In this document: one piece after another, positions 36,667 to 45,775 of the stretch
How the letters are laid out: the number at the start of each line of letters is the position of its first letter
Position numbering within the stretch: the stretch's first letter is position 1
DNA from: Gemmatimonadales bacterium
Lineage (GTDB): Bacteria > Gemmatimonadota > Gemmatimonadetes > Gemmatimonadales > Gemmatimonadaceae
Length of the DNA stretch: 64,000 nt
Reading direction: 5' to 3'
NCBI GenBank assembly: GCA_038208015.1
Contig: JBBQZF010000001.1
Span: 770 to 64,769 of the forward strand
Program-made: the position numbers and the translations under genes
The notes under the pieces: model-generated
What the model saw: only the letters and a program-made list of their open reading frames with translations
Told to the model about the DNA's origin: nothing
Databases searched by the model: none

Positions 36667-38615
36667 CCCAGGTCGCGGTCTCCGGCGTTTCTGTTCAGTT
36701 CGGCGCCACAACCCTCTTCCGGGATCTCACCTTCACCGCGGCCCGCGGCGACAGGTGGGGAATCATCGGCCGCAACGGAACAGGCAAGACGACGCTCTTC
36801 CGGCTCATCACGGGAGCGCAGCAGCCAACATCAGGAGCGATCTCGAAGCAGCCGGGGCTCCGCGTCTCGCTGCTCGAGCAGCACCGGGACTTCGGCGGAG
36901 CCACCACCGTATGGGAAGCCGCCGCCGGACAATTCGCCGATCTTCTGGCCCTCGAGCAGGCGCTCGCTGACCAGGCCGTGGCAATCGGCGAGCTCGGAGA
37001 GGGGTCGACGCCGGCGATGCTGGCGCGGTACGACCGTGACCTCGAGAGATTCGAGAGGGAGGGTGGATACACCTTTGCCCCCCGCGTCGACGCCGTCCTT
37101 CACGGCCTGGGGTTCGACCCGGTCGAAGCACGCACGCGCCCACTGACGCAGCTGAGCGGTGGCGAGCGGGGCAGGCTCGGTGTGGCACGACAGCTCGTAA
37201 GCCCTGCCGACGTACTGCTGCTCGACGAGCCGACGAACCACCTCGATCTCGACACGACCCAGTGGCTCGAGGGCTACCTCAGGTCGACTGACAAGACGAT
37301 CCTGCTCATCAGTCACGATCGCGCATTCCTCGCCAACGTCGTCGACCACGTGCTTCATTTCGAGGGCGACAGCGCGTTCGCATATACCGGCGGCTACGAG
37401 GCATTCGTCCTCCAGCGCGAGGAGCGGCGCCTGACGCAGCAACGTCAGTTCGACAAGCAGCAGAAGTTCATCGCCGGCCAGGAGGACTACGTCCGCCGCA
37501 ACCTTGCCGGCCAGAATTCACGCCAGGCAAAAGGAAGACGAAAACTCCTCGCGAGACTTCCACGGCTGGGCGCACCGATCGGAAGTGAGGGCACAATGGC
37601 GCTGCGGCTCGACATCGTCGAGCGCGGCGGTGACCAGGTCGTCGTCGCCGAGCATGTAAGCATCGGCATCGGTGGCAGGGTTCTGATCGAGGACTTCACC
37701 ACAGCGCTCAAGCGCGGGCAGACTGTCGGGCTCATAGGCCCGAACGGAGCCGGCAAGTCCACCCTGATACGCACGCTTCTCGGCGAGCATGAAATATCGA
37801 GCGGTGAGCTCCGGCTCGGCGGATCGATCAGGGCAGCTTACTACAGGCAGGACCTGAGTCAGGTCCCGATGGACAAGTCGATGTACGAAGTAATTGCGGA
37901 TCTTCGGCCGCTATGGGAAAGGCGCCAGGTCCAGAGCCACCTTGCGCGCTTCGGCTTCTCGGGTGACGAGGTCCAGCGAAGCGCGGCGAGCCTTTCAGGC
38001 GGCGAGAGAGCGAGAGTTGCGCTCGCGATGATAGTACTGTCACGGGCGAACCTGCTGATTCTCGACGAGCCTACAAACCACCTCGACGTCGAATCGATCG
38101 AAGCGCTCGAGGACGCGCTCCAGGAATACGACGGGACAATCCTTCTCGTGAGCCACGACCGCGAGCTGCTGCGAGTCCTCGTTGACCGGGTGTGGGTGCT
38201 TCATGACAGACGCATCACCGACTTCCCGGGCGGCTTCGCGGAGTGGGAGACGGTGAGCAGCGAGCGGGCGCATGCTGCAGCCGTTTGCGCATCAGAAGAG
38301 GAGGCACTGCGCCGGATGCACGAGAAGCAGAAGACCAAGCGCAGGGAGGACGACAAGGGTGATCGCAGAAGCGCGGGACGCGACGCGCAGAAGCTTGCCC
38401 AGGCCGCGGAGAAAAAAGTCGGGGATCTCGAAGCAAAGGTGGCAGACGTGACGCAGCTGCTGGGAGACCCTGCCCTCTATATGACCGAGGAAGGAAAAAA
38501 ACGGGCAGTGAGTGCGGGAACAGAGCTCGACAAGCTCAAGCGGCAGCTCGATAAGGCGCTGGATGAGTGGACTGCTGCCACCGAGGCTGCCGAGGCAGGG
38601 GCCAGCGGGCGCTAG
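36663..38615 (+). CDS. ABC-F family ATPase
   Basis: 650 aa. Two NBDs (GRNGTGKTT / GPNGAGKST; LSGGERGR / LSGGERAR; LLLDEPTNHLD / LILDEPTNHLD), an inter-domain linker and a C-terminal coiled coil. No TMs. Confidence 0.93.
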   Translation: MTQVAVSGVSVQFGATTLFRDLTFTAARGDRWGIIGRNGTGKTTLFRLITGAQQPTSGAISKQPGLRVSLLEQHRDFGGATTVWEAAAGQFADLLALEQALADQAVAIGELGEGSTPAMLARYDRDLERFEREGGYTFAPRVDAVLHGLGFDPVEARTRPLTQLSGGERGRLGVARQLVSPADVLLLDEPTNHLDLDTTQWLEGYLRSTDKTILLISHDRAFLANVVDHVLHFEGDSAFAYTGGYEAFVLQREERRLTQQRQFDKQQKFIAGQEDYVRRNLAGQNSRQAKGRRKLLARLPRLGAPIGSEGTMALRLDIVERGGDQVVVAEHVSIGIGGRVLIEDFTTALKRGQTVGLIGPNGAGKSTLIRTLLGEHEISSGELRLGGSIRAAYYRQDLSQVPMDKSMYEVIADLRPLWERRQVQSHLARFGFSGDEVQRSAASLSGGERARVALAMIVLSRANLLILDEPTNHLDVESIEALEDALQEYDGTILLVSHDRELLRVLVDRVWVLHDRRITDFPGGFAEWETVSSERAHAAAVCASEEEALRRMHEKQKTKRREDDKGDRRSAGRDAQKLAQAAEKKVGDLEAKVADVTQLLGDPALYMTEEGKKRAVSAGTELDKLKRQLDKALDEWTAATEAAEAGASGR

Positions 38616-39547
38616 AACTCGCCGATGAAGCTGATCTCGGGCTCGAGGCGGACGGTGAACTTCTTTTCAACGGCGTCCTGCGCGATGGCGATGAGCTGGC
38701 GCACATCGCGGGCAGTTGCGCCGCCAAGGTTGACCATGATGTTCGCATGAATGTGTGAAATCTGCGCATCGCCATTGCGGTGGCCTTTCAGCCCGCATTG
38801 ATCGATCAGCCTGCCCGCGCCCATACCTTCGATCTTCTTGAATATCGAGCCGGCGCTGGGATGAAACTGAAGCCACGGATGCCTCGCGCCGCGCCAGCTC
38901 AGGTTCTCCTGCATTATGCGGTGCATCACCCCGGTATCCCCCTTCTCCAGCTGAAAGGTGACGGCGAGCGCTATGTCCCTGCGATGGTGCAGCACGCTTG
39001 TGTCGTATCCGAACTGCATGTAATCAGCGTCGACAGTCTTTCTCTCGCCCTCCTCGGTAAGGAGATCGCAGGAATGAAAAACGTCGGCAATGAACATCGT
39101 CCGCTTCCGCTCAGGCTCCGGTTCGAGGAAGTGAAGGTTCTGCCACACCGCTCCGCCCACAGTGCTGGGAATCCCGACATAGTGTTCGATGCCCGACCAG
39201 CCCCGCTCCACCGCCTCTGGGATCAGGTTACCCACCACGGCCCCACTCTCGACCCAGAGCTTTCCATCGTCCGAGAACGTGAAATGGGCGGCGGAATTCC
39301 TTATGACAAGCCCGCGAAAACCTCCGTCGCCGACCAGTATGTTGGCCCCCAGTCCGAGAACGAAGTACGGAACCTGCAACTCCCGCGCGGCTATCACGGC
39401 GGCCGCCAGGTCCGCGGCGATCATCGTGGAATAGAACAGGTCAGCCGGACCACCGATCCGGAATGTGGTGTATGGAGCAAGCACCTCATTCCGCGTCAGC
39501 TGTGACTCATTCAGGCGAGCGGCTAGTTTTTCGTACTTGTCAATCAT
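38612..39547 (-). CDS. murB: UDP-N-acetylenolpyruvoylglucosamine reductase
   Basis: 311 aa. LAPYTTFRIGGPADLF, GLGANILV, GSIFKK motifs. Confidence 0.93.
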   Translation of the reverse strand: MIDKYEKLAARLNESQLTRNEVLAPYTTFRIGGPADLFYSTMIAADLAAAVIAARELQVPYFVLGLGANILVGDGGFRGLVIRNSAAHFTFSDDGKLWVESGAVVGNLIPEAVERGWSGIEHYVGIPSTVGGAVWQNLHFLEPEPERKRTMFIADVFHSCDLLTEEGERKTVDADYMQFGYDTSVLHHRRDIALAVTFQLEKGDTGVMHRIMQENLSWRGARHPWLQFHPSAGSIFKKIEGMGAGRLIDQCGLKGHRNGDAQISHIHANIMVNLGGATARDVRQLIAIAQDAVEKKFTVRLEPEISFIGEF

Positions 39548-39555
39548 CGAGGCTC

Positions 39556-40968
39556 TTGTTGAACGGCACTCAAAGAAATCGCAGTCGCGCCCGGCTCGAC
39601 ACTTTTCTCTTCATCGCGGCTGCCGCCCTGGTCCCCTCGGCGCTCATGGCCCAGCGGGCCGAGCTCGAGAAGATCATAAAGCGGAAGGTTCTGGCGAACG
39701 GGCTCGAGGTGATCGTGGTAGAGAACCACGGTGTCCCGCTGGCGACTGTCGAGGTCAACGTAAAGAACGGCTCGTTTACGCAGAGCCCCGAGTACGCAGG
39801 GCTCGCGCACATGTACGAGCACATGTTCTTCAGGTCGAATGCCCGCTACCCGCAGCCGGAGGCTTTCATCGGCCGCGCGGGAGAGCTTGGCGCGGTTTTC
39901 AACGGAACAACCAGGGAAGAGGTTGTCAACTACTACATCACACTCTCGGCCGACAGCGTTGACGCCGGAATACGTTTCCTTGCAGCGGCACTGACGGCTC
40001 CGCTGTTCCGCCAGGGGGAGCTCGAGCGTGAGCGGCAGGTCGTGATCGGCGAATACGACCGCAATGAGTCGAGTCCCTTCTTCAGACTGAACCAGGAAAC
40101 AGACAATCTGCTCTATCCCGGGAACTTCAGCCGGAAGAACGTGATCGGTGACCGTCAGGTGATTCTCACCACAACGCCGGAGAAGATGCGGACGATCCAG
40201 AGGAAATATTACGTCCCCAACAACTCGGTGCTCATCGTTTCAGGTGATGTGGATCCGGAGAAAATATTTGCCTCTGCGGAACGTGAGCTCGGCGGCTGGC
40301 AAAGAGGGGCTGACCCCTTTGCCGCCGACCCAATTCCGAAGATTCCGGCGCTGGCAGGAAACGACGCGGTAATCGTTGAGGCGGGAGTCGGCGCGGTCAC
40401 TGTGTTTCTCCAGTGGCAGGGGCCAAGCGTCGGCGAGGATCCAAATGCCACGTATGCGGCTGACGTTTTCAGTGACGTCCTGAACGATCCCGGCTCAAAC
40501 TTCCAGCAGCGGCTCGTCGACACCGGTCTCTGGCAGAGCATGGGAGTCAACTACTACACGCTCAACCACGTCGGCCCGATCACGATAAGCGGGCAGACTT
40601 CGCCTGAAAATCTCAGGAAGGCGCTCGACGCACTCGATGCGGAGATCGCCCGGTTCACCAGTGACGGATACTTCGATCCGCAGGAGCTCGCAGCAGTAAA
40701 GGCACATCGCAGCGTATCGTCGGCATTCGATCGTGAGCGCGCTTCGAGCTTCGCGCACACACTCGGCTTCTGGTGGAGCGTCGCGGATCTCGAGTACTAC
40801 ATGGGCTACGTTGACAACATGGCACAGCAGACAATCAACGACCTGAAGGGTTACGCTTCGAAATACATCGTTGGGAAGCCGCGCATCACGGGAATCCTCA
40901 TCGATCCCGCTTCCAGGCGCTCGCTGGCGCTGACCACCGACGAGCTGAAGTCGAGAGGAGCCAACTGA
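39556..40968 (+). CDS. M16-family zinc peptidase (active-site subunit)
   Basis: HMYEH (HxxEH) zinc motif and a signal-like LFIAAAALVPSALMAQ. The track start 39463 overlaps murB. The TTG at 39556 or 39559 is the more likely start. Confidence 0.88.
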   Translation: MLNGTQRNRSRARLDTFLFIAAAALVPSALMAQRAELEKIIKRKVLANGLEVIVVENHGVPLATVEVNVKNGSFTQSPEYAGLAHMYEHMFFRSNARYPQPEAFIGRAGELGAVFNGTTREEVVNYYITLSADSVDAGIRFLAAALTAPLFRQGELERERQVVIGEYDRNESSPFFRLNQETDNLLYPGNFSRKNVIGDRQVILTTTPEKMRTIQRKYYVPNNSVLIVSGDVDPEKIFASAERELGGWQRGADPFAADPIPKIPALAGNDAVIVEAGVGAVTVFLQWQGPSVGEDPNATYAADVFSDVLNDPGSNFQQRLVDTGLWQSMGVNYYTLNHVGPITISGQTSPENLRKALDALDAEIARFTSDGYFDPQELAAVKAHRSVSSAFDRERASSFAHTLGFWWSVADLEYYMGYVDNMAQQTINDLKGYASKYIVGKPRITGILIDPASRRSLALTTDELKSRGAN

Positions 40969-42230
40969 TGCTGCTTTCGATTGCACTCGCGCTGTCCACG
41001 ATGACGACGAGCTTCGACGTGGGGGGCATTCGCGTGATCCTGCGGCAAAGCGATGCGAACAATGTCGTTGCGGCCAACCTCTACCTGCTCGGCGGATCGC
41101 GCCAGATAACTGCGGCTAACGCCGGAATCGAACCGCTGCTGCTCGAGATTTCCGACCGCGGGACGAGGAAATACCCCCGGGCGACACTTCGCCGGAAGAT
41201 GTCATTGCTCGGGAGCGAGATAACCACGTCGCCGGCAGACGACTGGACGATGTTCGGAATCCGGACGTCGCGCGAGGTATTCGATTCGACGTGGGCGATC
41301 TTTGCCGACCGGGTGATGCAGCCAACGCTGGATCCGGCAGACGTCGCGCTGATCAAGTCGCAGTTCATTGCCGGAATCCGCCAGCGACGTGACAACCCAG
41401 ACGCGCTCGCCGAGTTTCTCGCAGACAGCATTGCGTTCTCGGGGCATCCTTATGGTGTGCCCGTCGTGGGGACCGAGGCGTCGATCTCCTCCATCGACGT
41501 GAAGGCATTGCGCGAATATCACGCTGGCCAGTTCGTGAAATCACGGATGCTCCTGGTAGTGGTCGGGAACGTGGACCGTCCACACATCGAGCGACTAGTC
41601 AACAGCACCCTCGCCGCCCTGCCCCAGGGCAGCTACACGTGGACACTGCCCGACCGGGTGCCGGAGCGCGAGTCAGCGGTGGTCATCGAACAGCGGGACC
41701 TGCCGACCAACTACATCCTTGGCTACTTCAGCGGTCCGCTGGCAAGCAGCGAGGATTACCACGCACTGCGGATAGCCACGTCGGTGCTGACGGGTCGCAT
41801 GTTCGCAGAGATAAGGACCCGGCAGAACCTCACCTACGACGTTCATTCCCCGTTCCTCGACAAGGCTGCCACCGCAGGGGGGCTCTCAGTTTCGACTGTA
41901 GCGCCCGATACGACGCTGAAGCTGATGCGGAGCGCTGTCCGCGAGCTCCAGGAAGGCCTGCTCGACCCCTCGGGTCTCGAGCGGCTGGAGCGGCAGTTTC
42001 TCACCGAGTACTTCCTCGATAACGAGACGAACGATGCGCAGGCGAACTTCCTTGCGCGAGCCCAGCTCTACCGCGGCGATTACAGGACGGCCGAGCGCTT
42101 CGTCGAGGAGTTGCGAAGCGTGACTCCCGAGGCAGTCAGGCGGGTTGCGCGCCGGTACATGAAGGGGATCCGGTTTGCGTATGTGGGAGATCCGCGGAGC
42201 GTCAGACGGGAGCTGATGACACAGTTCTAG
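40968..42230 (+). CDS. M16-family peptidase (no HxxEH; non-catalytic partner)
   Basis: 420 aa. TGATG overlap with the upstream M16 gene. Pitrilysin-like fold pattern without the zinc motif. Confidence 0.85.
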   Translation: MLLSIALALSTMTTSFDVGGIRVILRQSDANNVVAANLYLLGGSRQITAANAGIEPLLLEISDRGTRKYPRATLRRKMSLLGSEITTSPADDWTMFGIRTSREVFDSTWAIFADRVMQPTLDPADVALIKSQFIAGIRQRRDNPDALAEFLADSIAFSGHPYGVPVVGTEASISSIDVKALREYHAGQFVKSRMLLVVVGNVDRPHIERLVNSTLAALPQGSYTWTLPDRVPERESAVVIEQRDLPTNYILGYFSGPLASSEDYHALRIATSVLTGRMFAEIRTRQNLTYDVHSPFLDKAATAGGLSVSTVAPDTTLKLMRSAVRELQEGLLDPSGLERLERQFLTEYFLDNETNDAQANFLARAQLYRGDYRTAERFVEELRSVTPEAVRRVARRYMKGIRFAYVGDPRSVRRELMTQF

Positions 42231-42262
42231 GGGTGAGTGACCCGCGTTGCTTTAAGGGGGGC

Positions 42263-42280
42263 TTGTGAATAAGTTCACAA
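42263..42280. promoter_or_regulatory. CRP/FNR-family type palindrome
   Basis: TTGTGAATAAGTTCACAA contains TGTGA-N6-TCACA with perfect 7-bp arms. It lies 76 nt upstream of the cupredoxin ATG. Confidence 0.5.
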
Positions 42281-42355
42281 TGTCCCCGAGGCTCCTCGTG
42301 GACGGGATATCCCGGTCAATTTTTTGTAACTAGTTCGGCTTTGGAGGCCTCTAGA

Positions 42356-42865
42356 ATGCGGTTTTACGGAATTGCGCTCGTTGCGAGCGCTGTCGTCCTC
42401 GGCGCATGCGCCGGCGGTGACAATGCAGCTGCTGACACGTCCGGCGTCGCGATCGACAATACGTCGCCTGCGGCTGCCCCCGCCGCCGGCATGCCGGCCG
42501 GTGGTACTGGCACCATGGCGCCGATCACGGGCACCACTCATGAAGTAAGAATGCTCGGCGATGCCCAGGGCTATCGCTACGAGCCGGCGAACATCACTGT
42601 AAAGCCGGGCGACGGAATCAAGTTCATCATGGTCAGCGGAGGCCCGCACAACGTCGCCTTCGATCCGGCGACCGTTCCCGCCGCCGTACAGGGCCAGCTT
42701 GACGCGAACATCTCCGAGAAGATGGGACAGCTCTCGAGCACGATGAAGATGAACGCAGGCGAGACGATCACCGTCTCGTTCGCCAATATCCCGTCTGGAA
42801 AGTACCCCTACTACTGCACCCCGCATCTTGCGCTTGGAATGAAGGGCGAGATCACCGTTCAGTAG
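42356..42865 (+). CDS. type-1 (blue) copper protein, plastocyanin/pseudoazurin-like lipoprotein
   Basis: GGAGG lies 8 nt before ATG 42356. MRFYGIALVASAVVLGAC is a lipoprotein signal. Copper ligands GGPHNV and YYCTPHLALGM (C-x2-H-x4-M). Confidence 0.8.
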   Translation: MRFYGIALVASAVVLGACAGGDNAAADTSGVAIDNTSPAAAPAAGMPAGGTGTMAPITGTTHEVRMLGDAQGYRYEPANITVKPGDGIKFIMVSGGPHNVAFDPATVPAAVQGQLDANISEKMGQLSSTMKMNAGETITVSFANIPSGKYPYYCTPHLALGMKGEITVQ

Positions 42866-42891
42866 CTCCGGCAGCAGGGCGATGGAAGGGC

Positions 42892-42922
42892 GGGGGCATC
42901 TCAGGATGCCCCCGTTTTTCTT
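42892..42922 (+). terminator. rho-independent terminator
   Basis: GGGGGCATC, loop TCAG, GATGCCCCC (perfect 9-bp stem), followed by GTTTTTCTT. Confidence 0.7.
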
Positions 42923-42964
42923 CGCCCCTCATCACGGGCGCTCACCTTGCATATTTGAAGTGAT

Positions 42965-44671
42965 ATGAGCCGTCCCTTTGGAAGCGCCAGCTACTGGTGG
43001 ATGTCCGCACGCTCCAGGAACGCATCCCGCCGGTTCGCGGTGATGGGAATTATCGGAGGCCTGGTGTTCATCGGCGCGCTGATGGCGTTCGTGCTGGTGC
43101 CGAGGCAGGCGACCAGGGCTGCCGTGCAGGTTTCAGCGACCCTCGAGGAAAGACCGGATTCTGGTCGCGTCGTCGCTGATCGCAACAGGGCAGCTGCTCA
43201 AATTGCCGCGGCCGACTCCGCACTCGTGGTGGCGCGGACGGTCGTCGCCCAGCCGGTGGTGCAGGTCGTCGATACGTTTCCGCCGGAAGCCATCGTGAGG
43301 CGGCAGGCGCTATCGCGCGACGTCGTGACACTCAGCACGCTGATCGATCGCGCCAACAACGCGCCCCTTCCCTCGTCATACAGATCACTTGCTACGGCGG
43401 CACCGCTGGCAAGCGACCCGCAGGTGCAGCCCCTGCTCGATCAGCTCGCGGAGATCGAGCGGGAGCGTGACGCGTTCGGAACGGTCGGCGGTGTCGACCC
43501 CGTGTATGTAGCCCTCACCTCACGGGCCACAGCCATCGGTCGCTCGATTCAGGCAGTCGCTGAGGCAAGGAGGCAGGTGCTCCGCCAGGAGCTTGCAACT
43601 CTTCGCCCGCCGCCCCCCCCTCCCCCACCCCGCATTCTCGTCGACACTTCCGCCTACCTCGCCCAGAAAGCAGACGCCGAGCAGACATACGCTAGCTCGA
43701 TGGCGACGCTTGCGCAGACAAGGGCGACAAACGAGCGCATCGACAAGGAGGCCGCGCGGGCTCGCCAGCTCGCGAGCGTGGGCGCTCCCCCGCTGGCAAT
43801 GCTGGCCGCAGCGTTCGTCCTGGCACTGACAGCCGGGTTCGCGACATCGCTCGTTATCGAACTGAGGAACCCCAGCGTAGCAGATGCGCGGGAAGCGGAA
43901 AATGTATCGGGCGTCAGGGTGCTCACGGTGATCGAGCCGACCGAGATACTCGCCGAGCGGAGCAGGCGTGAGGCCGATGCATCGGATCCTCCGCTCATCG
44001 ACGTCGTCTCGGAAGGATATCGGAGACTTTACCTGCACCTCGCGGCGACCGGCGCAAATGTGCCTGTCGTGACAGTCACCGGAGACGAAGCGGCCATCGT
44101 AGCCACGGTTGCCGCGAACATTGCGGCGGCCGCGGCATATGAGGCCCGGAGCACCCTGCTCGTCGACGTTGACCCTGCCAGTTCCACCATTGCCGCTGTT
44201 TTCAGGATACCCTCGAACCCCGGCCTTTCCGCCATCATGGATGGAACGGCAGATTGGGCGGAGGCGACGGTTCAGATAACCATCGGCCGTGATCGCCCGC
44301 TCGACATCCTGCCCAGTGGCGCGCGCCGTCGCAAGCCGGCATCGAGCGAAGTTGCCGAGCGTATAAGGGGCGATTTCGCGCGCATGGAGCGCAGGTATGA
44401 CCTTGTCGTGATTGCGGCGCCGACCGAATATCTCCTGAGGGGGCCGGAGAGCATCATCCCCGGGCCGGACGTAGTATTGTGCGCCCGGGTCGCTTACACG
44501 AGAATCGCGCGGATCAGGCGATCTGTCGAGAAACTTCGTGCGCTCGGCCTCCGGATTCACGGAATCGTACTGTGGGAAGACGACATGCCGGTGATAGAGG
44601 CTCAGGACGAGCCCGAGCCGCCTCGCAGGACGAGAAATCCAGGCACTTCAACACTCGCGGAGGCGCGCTGA
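42965..44671 (+). CDS. polysaccharide co-polymerase / BY-kinase-like protein with degenerate ATPase motifs
   Basis: 568 aa. TM1 (GIIGGLVFIGALMAFVLV), a long helical periplasmic region, TM2 (LAMLAAAFVLALTAGFATSLVI), then a CpsD/Wzc-like domain with LLVDVDP (Walker A') and VVIAAP. VTGDEAAIVATV sits where GxxxxGK[ST] is expected. Confidence 0.65.
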   Translation: MSRPFGSASYWWMSARSRNASRRFAVMGIIGGLVFIGALMAFVLVPRQATRAAVQVSATLEERPDSGRVVADRNRAAAQIAAADSALVVARTVVAQPVVQVVDTFPPEAIVRRQALSRDVVTLSTLIDRANNAPLPSSYRSLATAAPLASDPQVQPLLDQLAEIERERDAFGTVGGVDPVYVALTSRATAIGRSIQAVAEARRQVLRQELATLRPPPPPPPPRILVDTSAYLAQKADAEQTYASSMATLAQTRATNERIDKEAARARQLASVGAPPLAMLAAAFVLALTAGFATSLVIELRNPSVADAREAENVSGVRVLTVIEPTEILAERSRREADASDPPLIDVVSEGYRRLYLHLAATGANVPVVTVTGDEAAIVATVAANIAAAAAYEARSTLLVDVDPASSTIAAVFRIPSNPGLSAIMDGTADWAEATVQITIGRDRPLDILPSGARRRKPASSEVAERIRGDFARMERRYDLVVIAAPTEYLLRGPESIIPGPDVVLCARVAYTRIARIRRSVEKLRALGLRIHGIVLWEDDMPVIEAQDEPEPPRRTRNPGTSTLAEAR

Positions 44672-44677
44672 GCTCTG

Positions 44678-45166
44678 ATGGCTGAAACGATAATCGATCT
44701 CCGCGGGATGCCACGCACCGAAGCGTACGAGGAACTCAGCGTGCAGGTGGATGCGGTGCTGCAGGGGCTGCATGACGAAGTCGCCGCGATGGCGACGATC
44801 AGCGCGCTCATCCACCACGGGTTCGATCATCTGTGGACCGGGTTCTATCGGGTAGCAGAGCCTGGCCGCCTTCTCCGTATCGGCCCCTATCAGGGCACAC
44901 TCGGCTGCATGGAGATTCAATTCGGGAAAGGCGTATGCGGGACCGCTGCCGCCGAACGGCGAACGGTAATCGTTGCCGACATCAGTGCGTTCGATGGTCA
45001 CATCACGTGTGATCCGAGATCGCGATCCGAGATCGTCGTTCCGGTGTTTGATGGATCCGGTGCCCTGATCGCGGTGCTCGATGTGGACTCGGACCGCATT
45101 GCCGCCTTCGACGACACCGATCGCGAAGGTCTGGAGAAAGTCGTCGGCTGGTTCGGGAGGCACTGA
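44678..45166 (+). CDS. GAF-domain protein (free methionine-(R)-sulfoxide reductase-like)
   Basis: 162 aa. WTGFYRV...GPYQGTLGCMEIQFGKGVCGTAA...DGHITCDPRSRSEIVVPV matches the YebR/fRMsr pattern with conserved Cys residues. Confidence 0.8.
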   Translation: MAETIIDLRGMPRTEAYEELSVQVDAVLQGLHDEVAAMATISALIHHGFDHLWTGFYRVAEPGRLLRIGPYQGTLGCMEIQFGKGVCGTAAAERRTVIVADISAFDGHITCDPRSRSEIVVPVFDGSGALIAVLDVDSDRIAAFDDTDREGLEKVVGWFGRH

Positions 45167-45771
45167 TGAAAACGAAAGGCTACTCCGATATCGTGAATCA
45201 CGCATTTGCCTTCGCCGCAAAGCATCACGACAGGCAGGTCCGCAAGGGCACGAAGCTTCCCTACCTCACGCATCCGGCGAACGTCGCGATGATCCTCGCC
45301 CGGTATAACCGGGACGAGCGAACCGTAGTTGCCGGAATCCTCCACGACGTAGTCGAGGACTGCGTACAGGACGGCTACACGCGCGATATGCTCGAGCAGC
45401 GGATCGGTGAGAAGTTCGGCACGGATATCCTCGAGACTGTCCTGGCGGTAACGCATCGAAACGTCGATGACGATGGGGTCGAGCTTTCGAGCGAAGAGCG
45501 CAAGCAGGATTATCTGGTGCGGCTCGAATCGGCGAGCGATTCAGCCCTGTGGGTATGCGCTGCCGACAAGCTTCATAACTCGAACTCGATCCTGGCGGAT
45601 CTCAACAGGACCGAAGAACCCGATTCTGTGTGGTCACGATTCAAGGCGGGAAAGGCGGGAACCGTCAAATGGTACCGCGACGTCCTGAGCCGCCTCGAAG
45701 AGCTCGAATTCGACGAGCCGATCGTGGACGAGCTGCGGACGGCCGTTCAGGCTCTCGAGGAGTCGGCCTAG
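45166..45771 (+). CDS. HD-domain phosphohydrolase (RelA/SpoT-type hydrolase domain only)
   Basis: 201 aa. AFAFAAKHHDRQVRKGTKLPYLTHPANVA...GILHDVVED, the (p)ppGpp-hydrolase-like HD signature. TGATG overlap with the GAF gene. Confidence 0.75.
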   Translation: MKTKGYSDIVNHAFAFAAKHHDRQVRKGTKLPYLTHPANVAMILARYNRDERTVVAGILHDVVEDCVQDGYTRDMLEQRIGEKFGTDILETVLAVTHRNVDDDGVELSSEERKQDYLVRLESASDSALWVCAADKLHNSNSILADLNRTEEPDSVWSRFKAGKAGTVKWYRDVLSRLEELEFDEPIVDELRTAVQALEESA

Positions 45772-45775
45772 ACCT

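Noticed and set aside
43520-44560. 346-aa minus-strand ORF inside the PCP/BY-kinase-like gene
   Set aside because: The plus-strand frame has a coherent TM/helical/ATPase-like architecture. The antisense product is an Arg/Gly/Pro-rich shadow ORF.
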